A stretch of 63,009 nt of DNA, filler included, from Choristocarpus tenellus KU-1152 (lineage: Eukaryota; Protista; Phaeophyceae): assembly GCA_964200185.2 (NCBI GenBank). It is 9 parts of 9 records of this genome, joined end to end, with 100 filler letters (N's around TTAATTAATTAA, not from the genome) between each part and the next. Parts side by side here need not be neighbours in the genome. Positions count along the whole stretch, not along the records: positions 22,980 to 31,286 come from CAXNAD020004869.1; positions 31,387 to 36,018 come from CAXNAD020013711.1; 7 more parts are not named here. The stretch is one strand, 5' to 3'. Positions within the stretch are counted from its first letter, which is position 1; every line of letters begins with the position of its first letter. A program made the position numbers and the translations under genes. This document shows, piece by piece, positions 23,570 through 35,482 of this stretch. A model generated the notes under the pieces. It did not search any database and was not told the DNA's origin. It saw only the letters and a list, made by a program, of their open reading frames with translations.

Positions 23570-26500
23570 CTCCATCTCCTTGATGCCGTAAGTGTCAGAG
23601 GCCACCTTGGTACGAGATTCTGTTCCAGCAGCAGCAAAATCCTCCTCATCTTCCAATTCGTCCAGGGCACTACAACCCATCATATAGCCGCATTTATGAT
23701 ATGAGAGGGTGCGGTGAGTGTGGTGAGTGGGGGGAGGGGGTGGAGATGACAGGGAGCATAGTGAGGATGTGGAGTCAGGAGTGGGATTGTGGGACCAAAA
23801 TGGAAGGGGGGATGGGGTGCAACACAAAGAGATGGAAAAGGTGGATATGTAGGTACTCCACACAGCTTGCTCAACAATTCTCAGTTTTAATCTCTACCAG
23901 TACTACTCTTACATATTTACATATTGGTGCTGTGCAATCTGCATTATGTACAGGTACTTAGCTGCTTGGCAAGGGGATGCTTGGCTTATGTATCTAGGGC
24001 ATGAGTAATAATAAAGAGTGCAAATGTGATGCTCAGTGTTCTGAACTGTAACCAACTATGAAATACTACCAATAAAAAAAACTCTGAATTGATATACTTA
24101 AACACTAGCACCGCCGAATTAAAAAAAGGTCACAACTAGCACATCCTATCGAGGCATTTTGCGCCCCGCAGAGTTCGTGTTGGTTTGTTTTATATTCCTA
24201 TCGCAATATCTTTAGGGCGTGAACTATTGAAATGGTGGACCAATTGGATTCGTTCGAGATTCTGCTCGCCCTGTGTTCATAGTGGACTGCTTCTCAGCGT
24301 AGCAAAAGTGAACGTCATGGGAGATGCCTTGCATGCTACGTGGAGGAGGCAGCAACATATCTTTATTTTCAAACGAAGTATGACAGGGCTGATTTTTCTA
24401 ATGGAGGAACACGAGCTTGTCAGCGATACATCCACGAATTCATTTACAAAAGATCTTAAAATAGTATCCCAGGTTGAAGCAATCTCCTAACCAATCTATG
24501 ACACAAAAGCTTACGAAAGATGATAGGGAAGCCCTCGGACCACGTTAGGGAACTCATCTCCTGCCTCCCACTACATTAATAAGATTACACTTCGTTGCAA
24601 ACTCATGAATTCCAACTTACTTCCTGGCGTCCACCACCATTGCTACCCTAGGTACACATAGATCCATCAAAAAGCATCTCAAGTTCGAATTAGAAATGCG
24701 ACAGACGGAGGCGCTGTACGGCAGCAAGCGATGTAGAAGCTCTCTTGATCCTCTTTAAGTGTTAGATGCAAGCGTTGGTCCTCCTATGATGACAAAGCAA
24801 ACGGGCAGTAGACATGTAAACTATCATGTACCAGATCGGTCTAGTAGTGAGGATCACTCCCACTAATGAACTTTCTCTTCCATGTAGTATCCATTGAAAT
24901 GTTCTTTCACGCAAGCTTGATCTGCTAAGACAACTTAATCAGTCCACCGTTTGTTGAGGTCCGAGGAGTGATGAGGGTGCCATCCTCCAAGGTGTTACGT
25001 GTACGGATGGCTACAATAGCTTTAATAAGAGGACTATATGTGTATGGTATCATGAAACATGAAGAGATTAATGTTGCAGCATCTATGGGAGTTGGTAATC
25101 CGCAAAGGACTCAACTTTCCGGGTGTCATTGAGAGACGCCCATTCAATTAGGACCCGATGAACTCTAACATAGCACCCCAACGTGGCAAGGGGGCACTCT
25201 TACCTGTTAAGAATGTCATCTAGCTCATCTCGGGTCTTATTTTCAAAATCGCTTGGGTCCAAAGGTATATCAGCATCAGGTTCCGTCATGGTCAACCTCA
25301 GAGAGCACAGTTGCTGATAACTAGTAGAAGGCAAAAGAAGGATAGAGACACCACACACCTAGTATGATACTACTACCATATGTGTTGTAGTTTAGGTTTA
25401 GAAATAAGATCCGGAAATTGCCGTTTATACAGAGCAACACAAAAAGTGGAAAACGTCGGCTCATCTAAACGACATGTGAAGCATGTAATCTCTAGATATT
25501 ATGGACTAAAAGGTAAGGGAAGTTTTTTGGACTCTCACCAACAAATTGGGAAATTTCCAACTTCTGTCACCTTGGAATTTGTCAAGACCTAACACAAACA
25601 TGTGAGATTATCAAGGTGAAGGTGTGGAAACAATGTCTTCTATATAGGTGGGTCACTTAATCCTGGGATGAGTGACTTCCTAAGATATTGATATTTGGGG
25701 AACTTGCGGCGATGGAAAACGGGAAAACGGAATCAAGGTGGTCAGGAGAAGAATCGTTGGACATGCCTTTGCAAGACTACCTTGACAAGTTTAGGATTGG
25801 AGTTGAGGTTTGGAGCATGAGAATACGAAAGTACGAAGGGAAAGATAAAGAATTCCAGGTGCAATACACTAAACACCAAATACTTCAGACAGGACATCAG
25901 TAGCGTCGTCACACATCACCATGTCCTGTGGGAAAAGGGGGAGGAAGAAAAGGACTTCTGTGTCACGCCAGGTCCGTTCAATCCAAACACCACTCATCAG
26001 ATGCCACGCAAAGGAAAGAAAGGAAGGGAAAGAGGGACCAAAGATCATGTTAAAGGAGATACTTCTATAATGTCGGTTTCATTAAGGCCTGTATAATCTT
26101 GCTCTGTAGAGGTTTGGATTATGAGGGTTTACGGGTTGTATATTGCCGGAGTAATATATTAAGTCCTGCCTACCTCATATTTGTCGATCTCTATGTTTCT
26201 GAGACAAACTAAAGAATTTCAAAGGTAAGTGGTACAGAAACATTGTGACTAAGCACCAGGGCCCATCTTCTGCCCGTGTTATTGAGTGTGGAGACCAACT
26301 CATTCCCTTTAGGCAAGTTTTCTTTGGCACTGTAGCATGAAGGTCCTACCGCAATGCACCCCGTTTTGTATGTTCACGTCTTTGTGCGTAACATCACGTT
26401 GTATAACACATGTCTGTGTCACTTCATGTTGATGTTTTTATTCAATTTTTTTTTAGGAAAATATGTCAATTATAGCGAGTATGTCAAGGGTGGGAGGTAT

Positions 26501-29500
26501 ACGAGCGCTTTTTCCCTTGAACTTAAGTCAAACGCAGAGTGAGTACTGCGAGGTACGAATCTCGTACAAACATCTATTCCTTACGGCAGCGATGGAAGGG
26601 TGTTTGGGGACCTTATTCCTTCCTAGTGGACCCTCCAACGTTGCCACTGGATATGTTTGGACTGGACAATGGCATTCATTTCACACTGCTACGTTCGTTT
26701 TATGATTGGGAAGGTATTATTTTTTCCTGTCCAGGTGCATTTTGGTAGGATGGAAGCAGCTATAGGTGCTTTGACCTAGGGGCATGTTACAGGAGACATT
26801 TCTTGGGATTTTCATAAGGCCCTATATGAACTTGCAATGTACGGATTTTGGATGATGAGGATTTACGGGCTATATGCTACTCCAGAGTAATATGTTTCGT
26901 TTGGTCCTTCTGGGCCTACTTCTCTCAGTCTAAATTTTATTAATCAAAACTCAGGAATAGTCGAAGTTAAATTTTCCGGGCTATGTATATATTACTCCGG
27001 AATTATATGTTTCATCCACTTCTCTCAGTCTCCATGCTATGAATCAATCTAAGAAATAGTCAAATTTAAGCAGTCCAGAAACATTGTGACCAAGCATCAG
27101 TGCGTCTTCTTCCGCCTGCATTGTTGAGCATTGAGGATATGTCTTTCCGTTTAGGCGATGTTATGCACTATAACAAAAGGTCAACCCAAAAAGAGGAAGG
27201 ACAATGAGAAAACAGCATTCAGCAGGCAGGGATGAGTATGTATGTACCCCGATCTACTTGGGCTGCCTTAGCTGCTGCATTTACACGACATATATCAGAG
27301 CTATCGTAGCTCTCTAGGAACGACTCTCATCCATCAAGATCTTTGTGTCTTCAGCCACATAATCGTACCACCTGTATTGGCAAGTTGTGTTGTTTTTGTT
27401 CCACATCCTTCAACTGTGATCCCAGACTTCTCAAGGTCGTCTTGTAGACACATCCACCAGCTCCCCTCCTGTCCAACCTTGCTTCCATTTTCCACCTGCA
27501 AGCTCCAACAACATTGATGCAGTTTGAAATTCCCTCCTCTACCATGCATGCAGCTAATAGGCTCAAAGTATCTAGGGGGGGTGGCGGCTGTCCATTTAGG
27601 GTCAATTTTTCATGTCACGAATTTTGGGTAATTTGGTTGCATATGTCGGATGGATAATATAAATTCACTTTTCCTGATTTTGACCCAAATGGACACCCTA
27701 GTTTAGACTCCACCCTCCTCCTAGATACTTTGGGTCATCATGCGAACAGGAGTTTCCGTTTTCGCACAGTCACCTTGATACTCTCAGACCCAGTTTTCAC
27801 AAGGTCATCTTTTTGGACATTGTGTGATCGTTGGGTTCCCGTTTACGAAATCTGATGCACTGTAGGGGAATTTGTGGTAGTGGTAGCAAAGCTTCAATAT
27901 AGTGGACCTGGTGGAGAATCAATGTTACAGAACCTCACAGTAGAACCTCGAGTGCTTTAACCTTAATATTTACCATGTTCAGCTCAAATCAAGCCATACA
28001 TCTGTGGTCCTGTCTTAAAGCACTTGGCTATACCTCCAGAAAAAAACTCAGGATATATTAATCGCCCAATAAATCTAAGCGGTGACATCAGCTTCACCAC
28101 GAAACAAACTTGTCGGACTGCTTGCAGTACTGAACTAAGGCCCAGATCTGCATAATGTCTGCGACCTAATTGGGAGGTAGAAGGCACATGCAAGGTCTTC
28201 GTCTATATCTTAAACACCGTCACCCTGAGTTATCTGACCACCTTCACCATTATCATCATAATCCTTGCCAAACTTCCTTTGACCTCACACAATGCCTGCA
28301 TCGTCAGCATAGGGAATATCCCACAGTAGTCACTCAAGCATTACCCCACTTCCTGTTCCTCCTCCTCGTCTGACCTGGTTGTTTGTGGCGGCTTCCTTGA
28401 TGACAGAAATATTCCGGGAGATGGGCAGGTCAGAGTTGACCTCCTTAAGTGCTACCTTAGCCTTGTAGTGAAGAATATGTTGAAGTGTAAGGGGTAAGAA
28501 CGTGGGGCAAGAATACACCCCTGTCGAAGGCATTGTCCGACCTCAAACCAGTCAACATACTCTCCATCGTCCATGTAGACGCATGCCCACATTTCATCGG
28601 GGAATTGACGAACAACTGAGAACATGTACTCTCAAAACCCCTTTCTTAGTCACATCGTACAGCCCATTATGGAACGTATTTAACCAAAACTTGATAATTG
28701 GTACATCTTTGAAGGAAGATATTGTCCGTTGAAGTAAGGTAGATCTCCACCCTTACTTTACCACTGGAGTGCTGGGGTTTGAACCCCAAACCAGGAAAAC
28801 TGCATTTACGTTATCTATCCAACGTATGCAACCAAATCACCCAAAAATGGCGAAATGAAAAGGTTGACCCCAAATGGACAGCCGCCACCCCCCCCCAGAT
28901 ACTTTGAGCCATTATTACTTGATGGCACAGACATACCAATAGAGAGAACCATAGTATTTTAGAGGGTAGAGCCGCTTCCGTTTGGGGGGAAAAATCCTGT
29001 TGCGATTTTGACGTAATTTTGGCTTTCGTGTTTTTGTAGGAAGTGTCAATGTCCTTGTGCTGGACACACCTTTTCGAAACGTATAAAGTTTACCTACTCC
29101 GAAACATTTCGGAGTAGGTAAAATGTCATTAAAAAAATGTGGAAAGTCAAGCTCCAAACGGACGAACAGGGCCAAACTTGTACCCTCTAAGATACTTTCA
29201 CTCAGATGTCTAGGCTACGTGGTGGACACCAAAATTGTCCTTATCTTCCAGCTACCCTTGGTTCAATATTGCCCCATACAAACACTGTCCATCTTCTGGG
29301 AGTCTGTGCTCCTGGTGCATGTGTTGAACTTTGAACAGTAGGACCTCCACCAGCTGATGATGAATGGGTGCCATAAAAGCATGATCTTTTGCATGGGTGG
29401 AACGATTTAGGAAGTTGAAAATGGGCCATCAGCTCCGCCCGTTGCCTCAAACACCGTTCTGTGTCTCTTTCACGAAAGCGGAAGGTTCTTTTCAAGCCAA

Positions 29501-32500
29501 GCCAAACAATGGTCAAGCTTCTGCTTGTCGGTATCTGTCTTAGTACCTCTCAGGTTCTGTCTTGGGACAGCATGATAGCATGACTCCCACAGTGTGAAAG
29601 GGTGCTCTGAGTCACCTGTTGGCTACAGAACATGCAACAACAGTGCTCTGGTATACATGATCCCACAAGAATCCTGTGTGCCGGTCGGCTCTGCCCCCAC
29701 GCACTCACGATGGTCTAGCCCCATGCATTCTTGCACATATATAGGCAAGCACGCCTTTTGATAGAAGAAAGGGGAAGGTGATGGTGCCTATCTCTCCACT
29801 TCTGAAGAAGTCTGACTGCTTTTCCAAAGAGACCCAAAGCTTTTAATAAGAGGGTAGGGCCGCGTCTGTTCGAGGTCATAAATCCAATGTTGCGATTTTG
29901 ATTAATTTTGGTTATTATGTTTGTTAGCAAGTGTCAACATCCGTACTCTAGACACACATTTCATAGTCCTGCGTTTTACCTGCTCCGAATTGTTTCGGAG
30001 TGGGTAACTGTGTTCACACAGAAAACAGAAAATAGGGCATAAAAAACCTGTGGGAAGCCAAGTCCCGAACGGACAAGCAGGGCAAAACTCCCCCCCTCTT
30101 AAATGCTCTGGGTCAAGAATCCTTCATCAGATGTGGAGTGAACCATCCTATCTTGGAAAGGGAATCAATTCAGGTCCATTCGAGTATTTAGGGGCTTTTG
30201 CATCTCCTCCTTGACACCCCATTCCGTTTCCTTGAACGAATTCAACTCTCCTCAGGACGCTCTGACTGAAAACGAGAAGAAAAAAAATGAGTTCAAAATA
30301 GTCCTTCAGGGTGGTGGAAATACATGTACCAGAAGAGCAATGATATTCCAGAGGGGGGTGTCTTTGAGTATAAGGGGCTGCCTTCTGGTACATGAGCTCC
30401 TAGCTCTCAGGAAAGGCCATTTTGTGCTTGTGTAAATGAATATTCGTCTCCTCTTCTACAGTCAAAAGCTTCCTGACAGGGGTTACCTTCATTTCGGGCA
30501 TGAGGACGGGGGTGTCAGGTAGAAGATGCTGTAAGCTCCTATGCTCAAAGTGTCTAAATCGCCTCCCCTCTGGGATACTATGCCTTAGAAGGGAGTCACA
30601 GGGGCTTCAAACCATCAACGACATTCCCTGCTAAGATAAGATAGCTCAAATTTTTATGGGAGTCAATGAACTGCGAAATGGGGGGAGGAGAACATGGAAG
30701 GAGCTGGAGGTGTTTGCTGCCTCAGATAAAGAATTACAGGATGCCAAAACGTAACTCAATAATTCATGCGTTTTAAACCAAGACTCTCACAGGTGACATG
30801 GGTCCGTCCGTCCACGTTCATGAACCACACAACAGACTGACAAGGAGACTTGCCAGTATCTGCTAGACTGAGCTTGCTTTGAACAGCTGATCATCAAAAT
30901 TGAGGATGGAGCTTTTATTGAGGATGAGCGAGACGCGGATTGGTGTGCGGAAAGTGCACATATGTTTTTTTTTATGTTGCGGCACTTTTGGAAGGCCCCG
31001 CTACGAATGGGAACCCATCCCGACGAAGGTGGTAGTAGGACAGTGTCTGGGGGCGCCAACGATTTCGTTTGATTGTCGTGTACATGTATGCCCTGCGTTG
31101 GCTTGCTTGCTTGATTAATTAGTGCGGTCGGTGGAGTCGTTTGACTGTCGATGGTAGCGGTGGTAGAAAATAATAGTACTTCGAAATAGTTTTTTTCAGG
31201 ACGGCGTCTCATTGTCATTATGGATGGCTGACTGACTGAGAAGAAGTATTATTTTCCCATATTATTAATTTGTTTATTTTTTATTGNNNNNNNNNNNNNN
31301 NNNNNNNNNNNNNNNNNNNNNNNNNNNNNNTTAATTAATTAANNNNNNNNNNNNNNNNNNNNNNNNNNNNNNNNNNNNNNNNNNNNGTGAGGGAGTGGGG
31401 TGAACATTGGATTTAAAAAAAAAAGCCAAGAACAATCACCACGAAGGCACTTGCCTCTTTCACGAGGAGAGCCCCAGCCTTAACCTTGGGCGAGGATGGA
31501 TTCACAGCCAAGAGACTCAGCGACAATAACGACTCTTGCATCATGAAGCTCTGGAAGCTTTCGTTGTTGGGGCCCACTTTCAAGCATGCCACCGCCTTAA
31601 CAGAGGAGCCCTTGCAGCAGGCCAAAGTGAAGCGCCTCTTACGCTGCGAAATTACTCCAGATTTCCAAGGTATCTTCCAGGAAGGGGGGTTTTACAGACA
31701 CGATCAGGTGAACTGGACAGTGGGGTCGTCAACGGGGATCAACAAGCATGTACGAAGGCATGGAGAGAGAAAGAAAAACACTTGCTCATATCACGACCTT
31801 TGTAAGGCCTGCTTTCCTCAAAAAACGAAACTAGAGAACTAGTTCTGACTGTTGTACTTTCAAAATATTCATGTGAACACCACTATCCCAAACAACTAAG
31901 CATAGGCTGTACACACTGTCCTGATGCATACCTCATGCACACTGACGGCATTCCAGTTCAACTTTGGGGTAAGGGACACTTCATGAACACCCTGTCATTT
32001 CACTATTTTGGGCCTTAACCAAGACCCAACTTCAAGACAGTACAAAAGGTTTCAGTTCAGCCCTAGTTCTAAGGCCACCATACCAGGTCCAGGTCTAAGC
32101 ACCTGGTCCCACAAACTCCCCTGGTTCCACAATGTGAAAAGTCTCACAGTGCCTACACACCCTCTGCAATAAATTCCTCCCTTCGTGGCAACCTGGAAGC
32201 ACCAAGATCACTGACATCCCTGTCGCGTCTGCATTGAACATGCCCAAGATCTCCAACTAAGTTCAAACCCCGGACTAAGACCAGAGCACACAAGGAAAGG
32301 TCTTTCAATTGACAGCTGCCAAAAAGGTTTGAAATGATTCCCACGATAATCTTTAATCCATGCTGTAAAGCATAGTACCTGAAGTATGCAACATACATGA
32401 TGAATATTAAATGAGTAACCAAAGCTACCACGGAATGGCCACACTCACACCAAAGCTGCATCAATACAGTGGTCCCAGACACCAGTCCACATCTCAAAAA

Positions 32501-35482
32501 ATGCACCAAGGTTAGGTCGGAGTTTGGAACCATTGGTACAGGGACCCAATTCACCTCCTCGGGTCTCTATTCCACCTGTTGTACAAGGCCTTAAAAATGA
32601 CACCATGAACACTATTGCATTGAGCTGTACCAAAAGCAGCAATGATCAAGACGTCATACCTTTGAATTTTAGATGCCACTATTCAATAAAAACAAACAAA
32701 AAAATGGGATATAACTCATGTTGCAGAAGGGTCAAAGGACAGCAACAATCACTGTACTACATCTTGCAAAAACAGCCACAGTACTCTAGTACTTGAATCC
32801 AGTTTTCATCAAACCCAAGACTATGCTGTACTTCTACAAAAAAAGGGGGGTGTGAGTTAGACAGGGGGTCACACCTTACTCAAAAACCTATTCAAAATAT
32901 ATCCCTCTATGATGCTCGATTGAAATTCGAAGGCGGTACAGTCCTGTTCAAAACTGAAATGAGTCCATGAAGAACCTTGAACTCTGCACTTCATAGTCTG
33001 TTGAAAATGAGACTCTACATCGGGGCAGGCAGTTGTGAAAAGTCTGGTTTGGACTGCAGTCTGGTTGCCTGCACTAGTTGGTGAAAGATACAGTGTAGGG
33101 CTAGTAGTGTTTGAGAAAGGTTCAATCCAGACCACAGCCCAGTCAATTGTCTGCAAAAGGTTCGGCCCCTAGCCACTATAGTTTGCTACAGACTGCTTCT
33201 CTGATTGTACTGCTCAAGGAGGGTTCAGAACAAGCCCTATCTGAGTGAAATGAACCAGTCTTGTGGGCAGAGCAGGTCTGTGCAGATGCTTTCAATGGGC
33301 AGTGTGGAACCGCTGAAACGTTTTCACTGCCTGTGTTATTGTCATTGCTCATCTGTTGCAAACTGTTACGCCAACCTTACAGTCTGATCCACACCATATA
33401 TATATATAATAGTCTGGGCTGGGCCAGGTTGATATGTTTTGACCAGGCATTCATGGTGTACATGTTTCTGAAGGGGTCCGTCAACTCCAGGACCGCTGGG
33501 GTTTGTCTGAAGTTCCTTCCAAATCACAGCCTGGTTGCATACGTTTGTGGAAGGTTAATCTGAACCACCAACCCAGATAGTTGTGTATGTGGCAGGTCCC
33601 TTCCAAGACTGCCAATTATTTCTACCCTCCTCCACAGCCCAGATTATATACTGAACTGCAGCCTGGTTATCAGCCCAGTCCAATGTAGAGCCTTGAAAAA
33701 AACAACTTTACAAATATTATGACTTCAAGTATGTCGAATGCCTTAGCATCAAAAACAAGAAAATCATGGATCACTTGCTAAGAGACAAATCACAGGGACA
33801 CACAAAGAGGAAATTTCCAGCATGAAATACACTGAAGAGCAACAGACAGTAGAGTGGGCCTCTTGCTAATCACAACACTTCAAGCACCTGGAAAGGTTCT
33901 CTGCCCTTGTCAGCAATGGCATGTACTCCTGCTACGCACGTCAGTAACACATTAAAAAATAGAGTAAAACAGAAGGCAAAAGTCTACTCTTCAGAAAAAA
34001 GGAGACAAGGTTCTAGCTTAAAATTTAGTAAGGGATGCGAAGAATCGTGTACCGCAAGGAAATATATTGTTGCAGTTGTGGGGAACAGCTAACAGAATAT
34101 ACAACAGGTGAATTTACAACACTTGCTCAGCAAAAAAGTTGATGTCTGCAACATGATAGACAAACTTCAAGCAAATGCACTTTTATGACGACTTTGTATG
34201 TGGCTTTCCGACCTTGTCCCACACAATGCTATTCATATGTAATATTTACCTAACATTGTACACCAACCCATATTAAATTTGATGGTCTGCAGTTGTAAAC
34301 CCCACCTGTAGATGTAACCACAACTGGCTACTGGCAGCGCAATCAACTGGCAGTTAGGTAGTTTCACAATTGTAAATTTGGAACACCCACATAATTGTGC
34401 ATACGCCTTCTCACTCTCGAGACGATAATAACAGAAGAATAATCGTACAACTCCCAAGACCATCTTTTCTCAGCACACCAGCTGGGTGTTGAAAGTGCCG
34501 CACTGATGCAGTGTTGGTTGTACACTCGCAGCCAAGGAACTGGACTACTACGGCAATGGCCGAGTCAATCTGAGGGATCATTGCCAAGACATACCACAGG
34601 TGCGCCAAGATATAGAGATACCACTGTACCACGGGGATAATAAGTCACGCGACTGACTGTCCCGGCGGCGGAGTGGTGTCCAACCAGGATTCAAACATTG
34701 GTCCTGTGATTTTGTCAAGATTCTTAATAGTAGAACCACCCATCAGGCCAGTCAGTCGAGCGAGTTATGGTTCGGTCATAGTGGTATCTCGATATCTTGA
34801 TTCTAAGTTTGAGGAATACAGATCACAATGGGTGCAGGTATGGTCTGGTATTCCTTATCGCATGGAGGGCCTTCTCTTGCGAATCACTATTTTACTTTAA
34901 CTAGCAGTGCAAATTGAACAGTTCTCATAGCAAGCACACCAATCCCTTACAGAGGATATCGCGATCTTGACACACTGGCAACAGCAAAAATACCATTGTG
35001 CCTAACACAATAGTACTTGGTATGTGGTCAAAACAAATACAATATCAACTCCTTCCCCAGGAACTCTCAGAACAATTACATTTCGATTGCACACGTACTA
35101 GTGAGCAACTGTAATATCACCAATGCTAAACTTTCTACTGACTCACCATCTGGTCGAGTATATTAATTGTCTCCTGATACATCGGTTGACCTTCCTCCTT
35201 TGCCCATGCCTTCCATCTGCGGGTGACGGACAACCTCTCCTCGTCCGTCAACTCCTTGATGAAATAGTCTCCACCACCACCACCTCCTCCGAGCTTTTTC
35301 TTCGTTGGAGGTTTTTTAGGAGGAGCTGCAACTCCAGCACCCATCCGCATTGGTGCTGGGACTAGGATTCCTGGTCCAGGTTGCCGTATCATTGACCCGG
35401 GCATGAACCCTGAAACTGACCACACCGCCATGGCCAACTCGAGAGCTAGCCATAATATACCGTGAGCATGCAGTGGCATCAT
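22691..35482 (-). CDS. Spliced gene (about 7 exons, about 295 aa): putative plastid-targeted protein with GNAT-like motif
   Basis: Exons 35482-35146, 31673-31455, 28461-28375, 28147-28098, 23669-23570, 22848-22789 and 22729-22691 join in frame. The N-terminal signal peptide ends VSG|FMPG (ASAFAP-like) and is followed by a transit-like segment. Exon 2 has LSLLAVNPSSPKVKAGALLVKE, which resembles GNAT motif A. There is a GC donor GAG|gcaagt at 31454. The gene spans two assembly gaps, so exons may be missing. Confidence 0.65.
22880..22979. other. Artificial 100-bp scaffold linker N44-TTAATTAATTAA-N44 (also at about 31287, 36019, 42580, 46493, 49505, 57078 and 60254)
   Basis: An identical six-frame-stop 12-mer is centred in N runs at all eight gaps. 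Confidence 0.97.
23538..23566. repeat. (CA)n microsatellite immediately inside an intron donor of the plastid-targeted gene
   Basis: Seen directly in the sequence. Confidence 0.9.
27560..27736. mobile_element. MITE family C (TIR GGCTCAAAGTATCTAGGGGG), short
   Basis: ggctcaaagtatctagggggggtgg ... caccctcctcctagatactttgggtc. Related ends occur at about 28870-28910 and at 22855-22880 (next to a gap). Confidence 0.65.
28946..29203. mobile_element. MITE family B copy, TSD AGA
   Basis: agtattttagagggtag ... taccctctaagatactttcactc, with AGA on both flanks. Confidence 0.78.
29831..30114. mobile_element. MITE family B copy
   Basis: gacccaaagcttttaataagagggtagg ... ccctcttaaatgctctgggtc, with the shared core. 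Confidence 0.72.
30886..31286 (+). mobile_element. End of an unclassified TIR transposon (CAG...AAAATTGAGGATGGAGC) running into a gap
   Basis: The same terminal motif occurs at 42544 and, inverted, at about 49612-49640 and 60354-60398. Confidence 0.55.

Noticed and set aside
28765-28795. tRNA gene (T-loop-like GGTTCAAACCCC here and at about 12255 and 32261)
   Set aside because: No acceptor, D or anticodon stems. At most these are SINE remnants.
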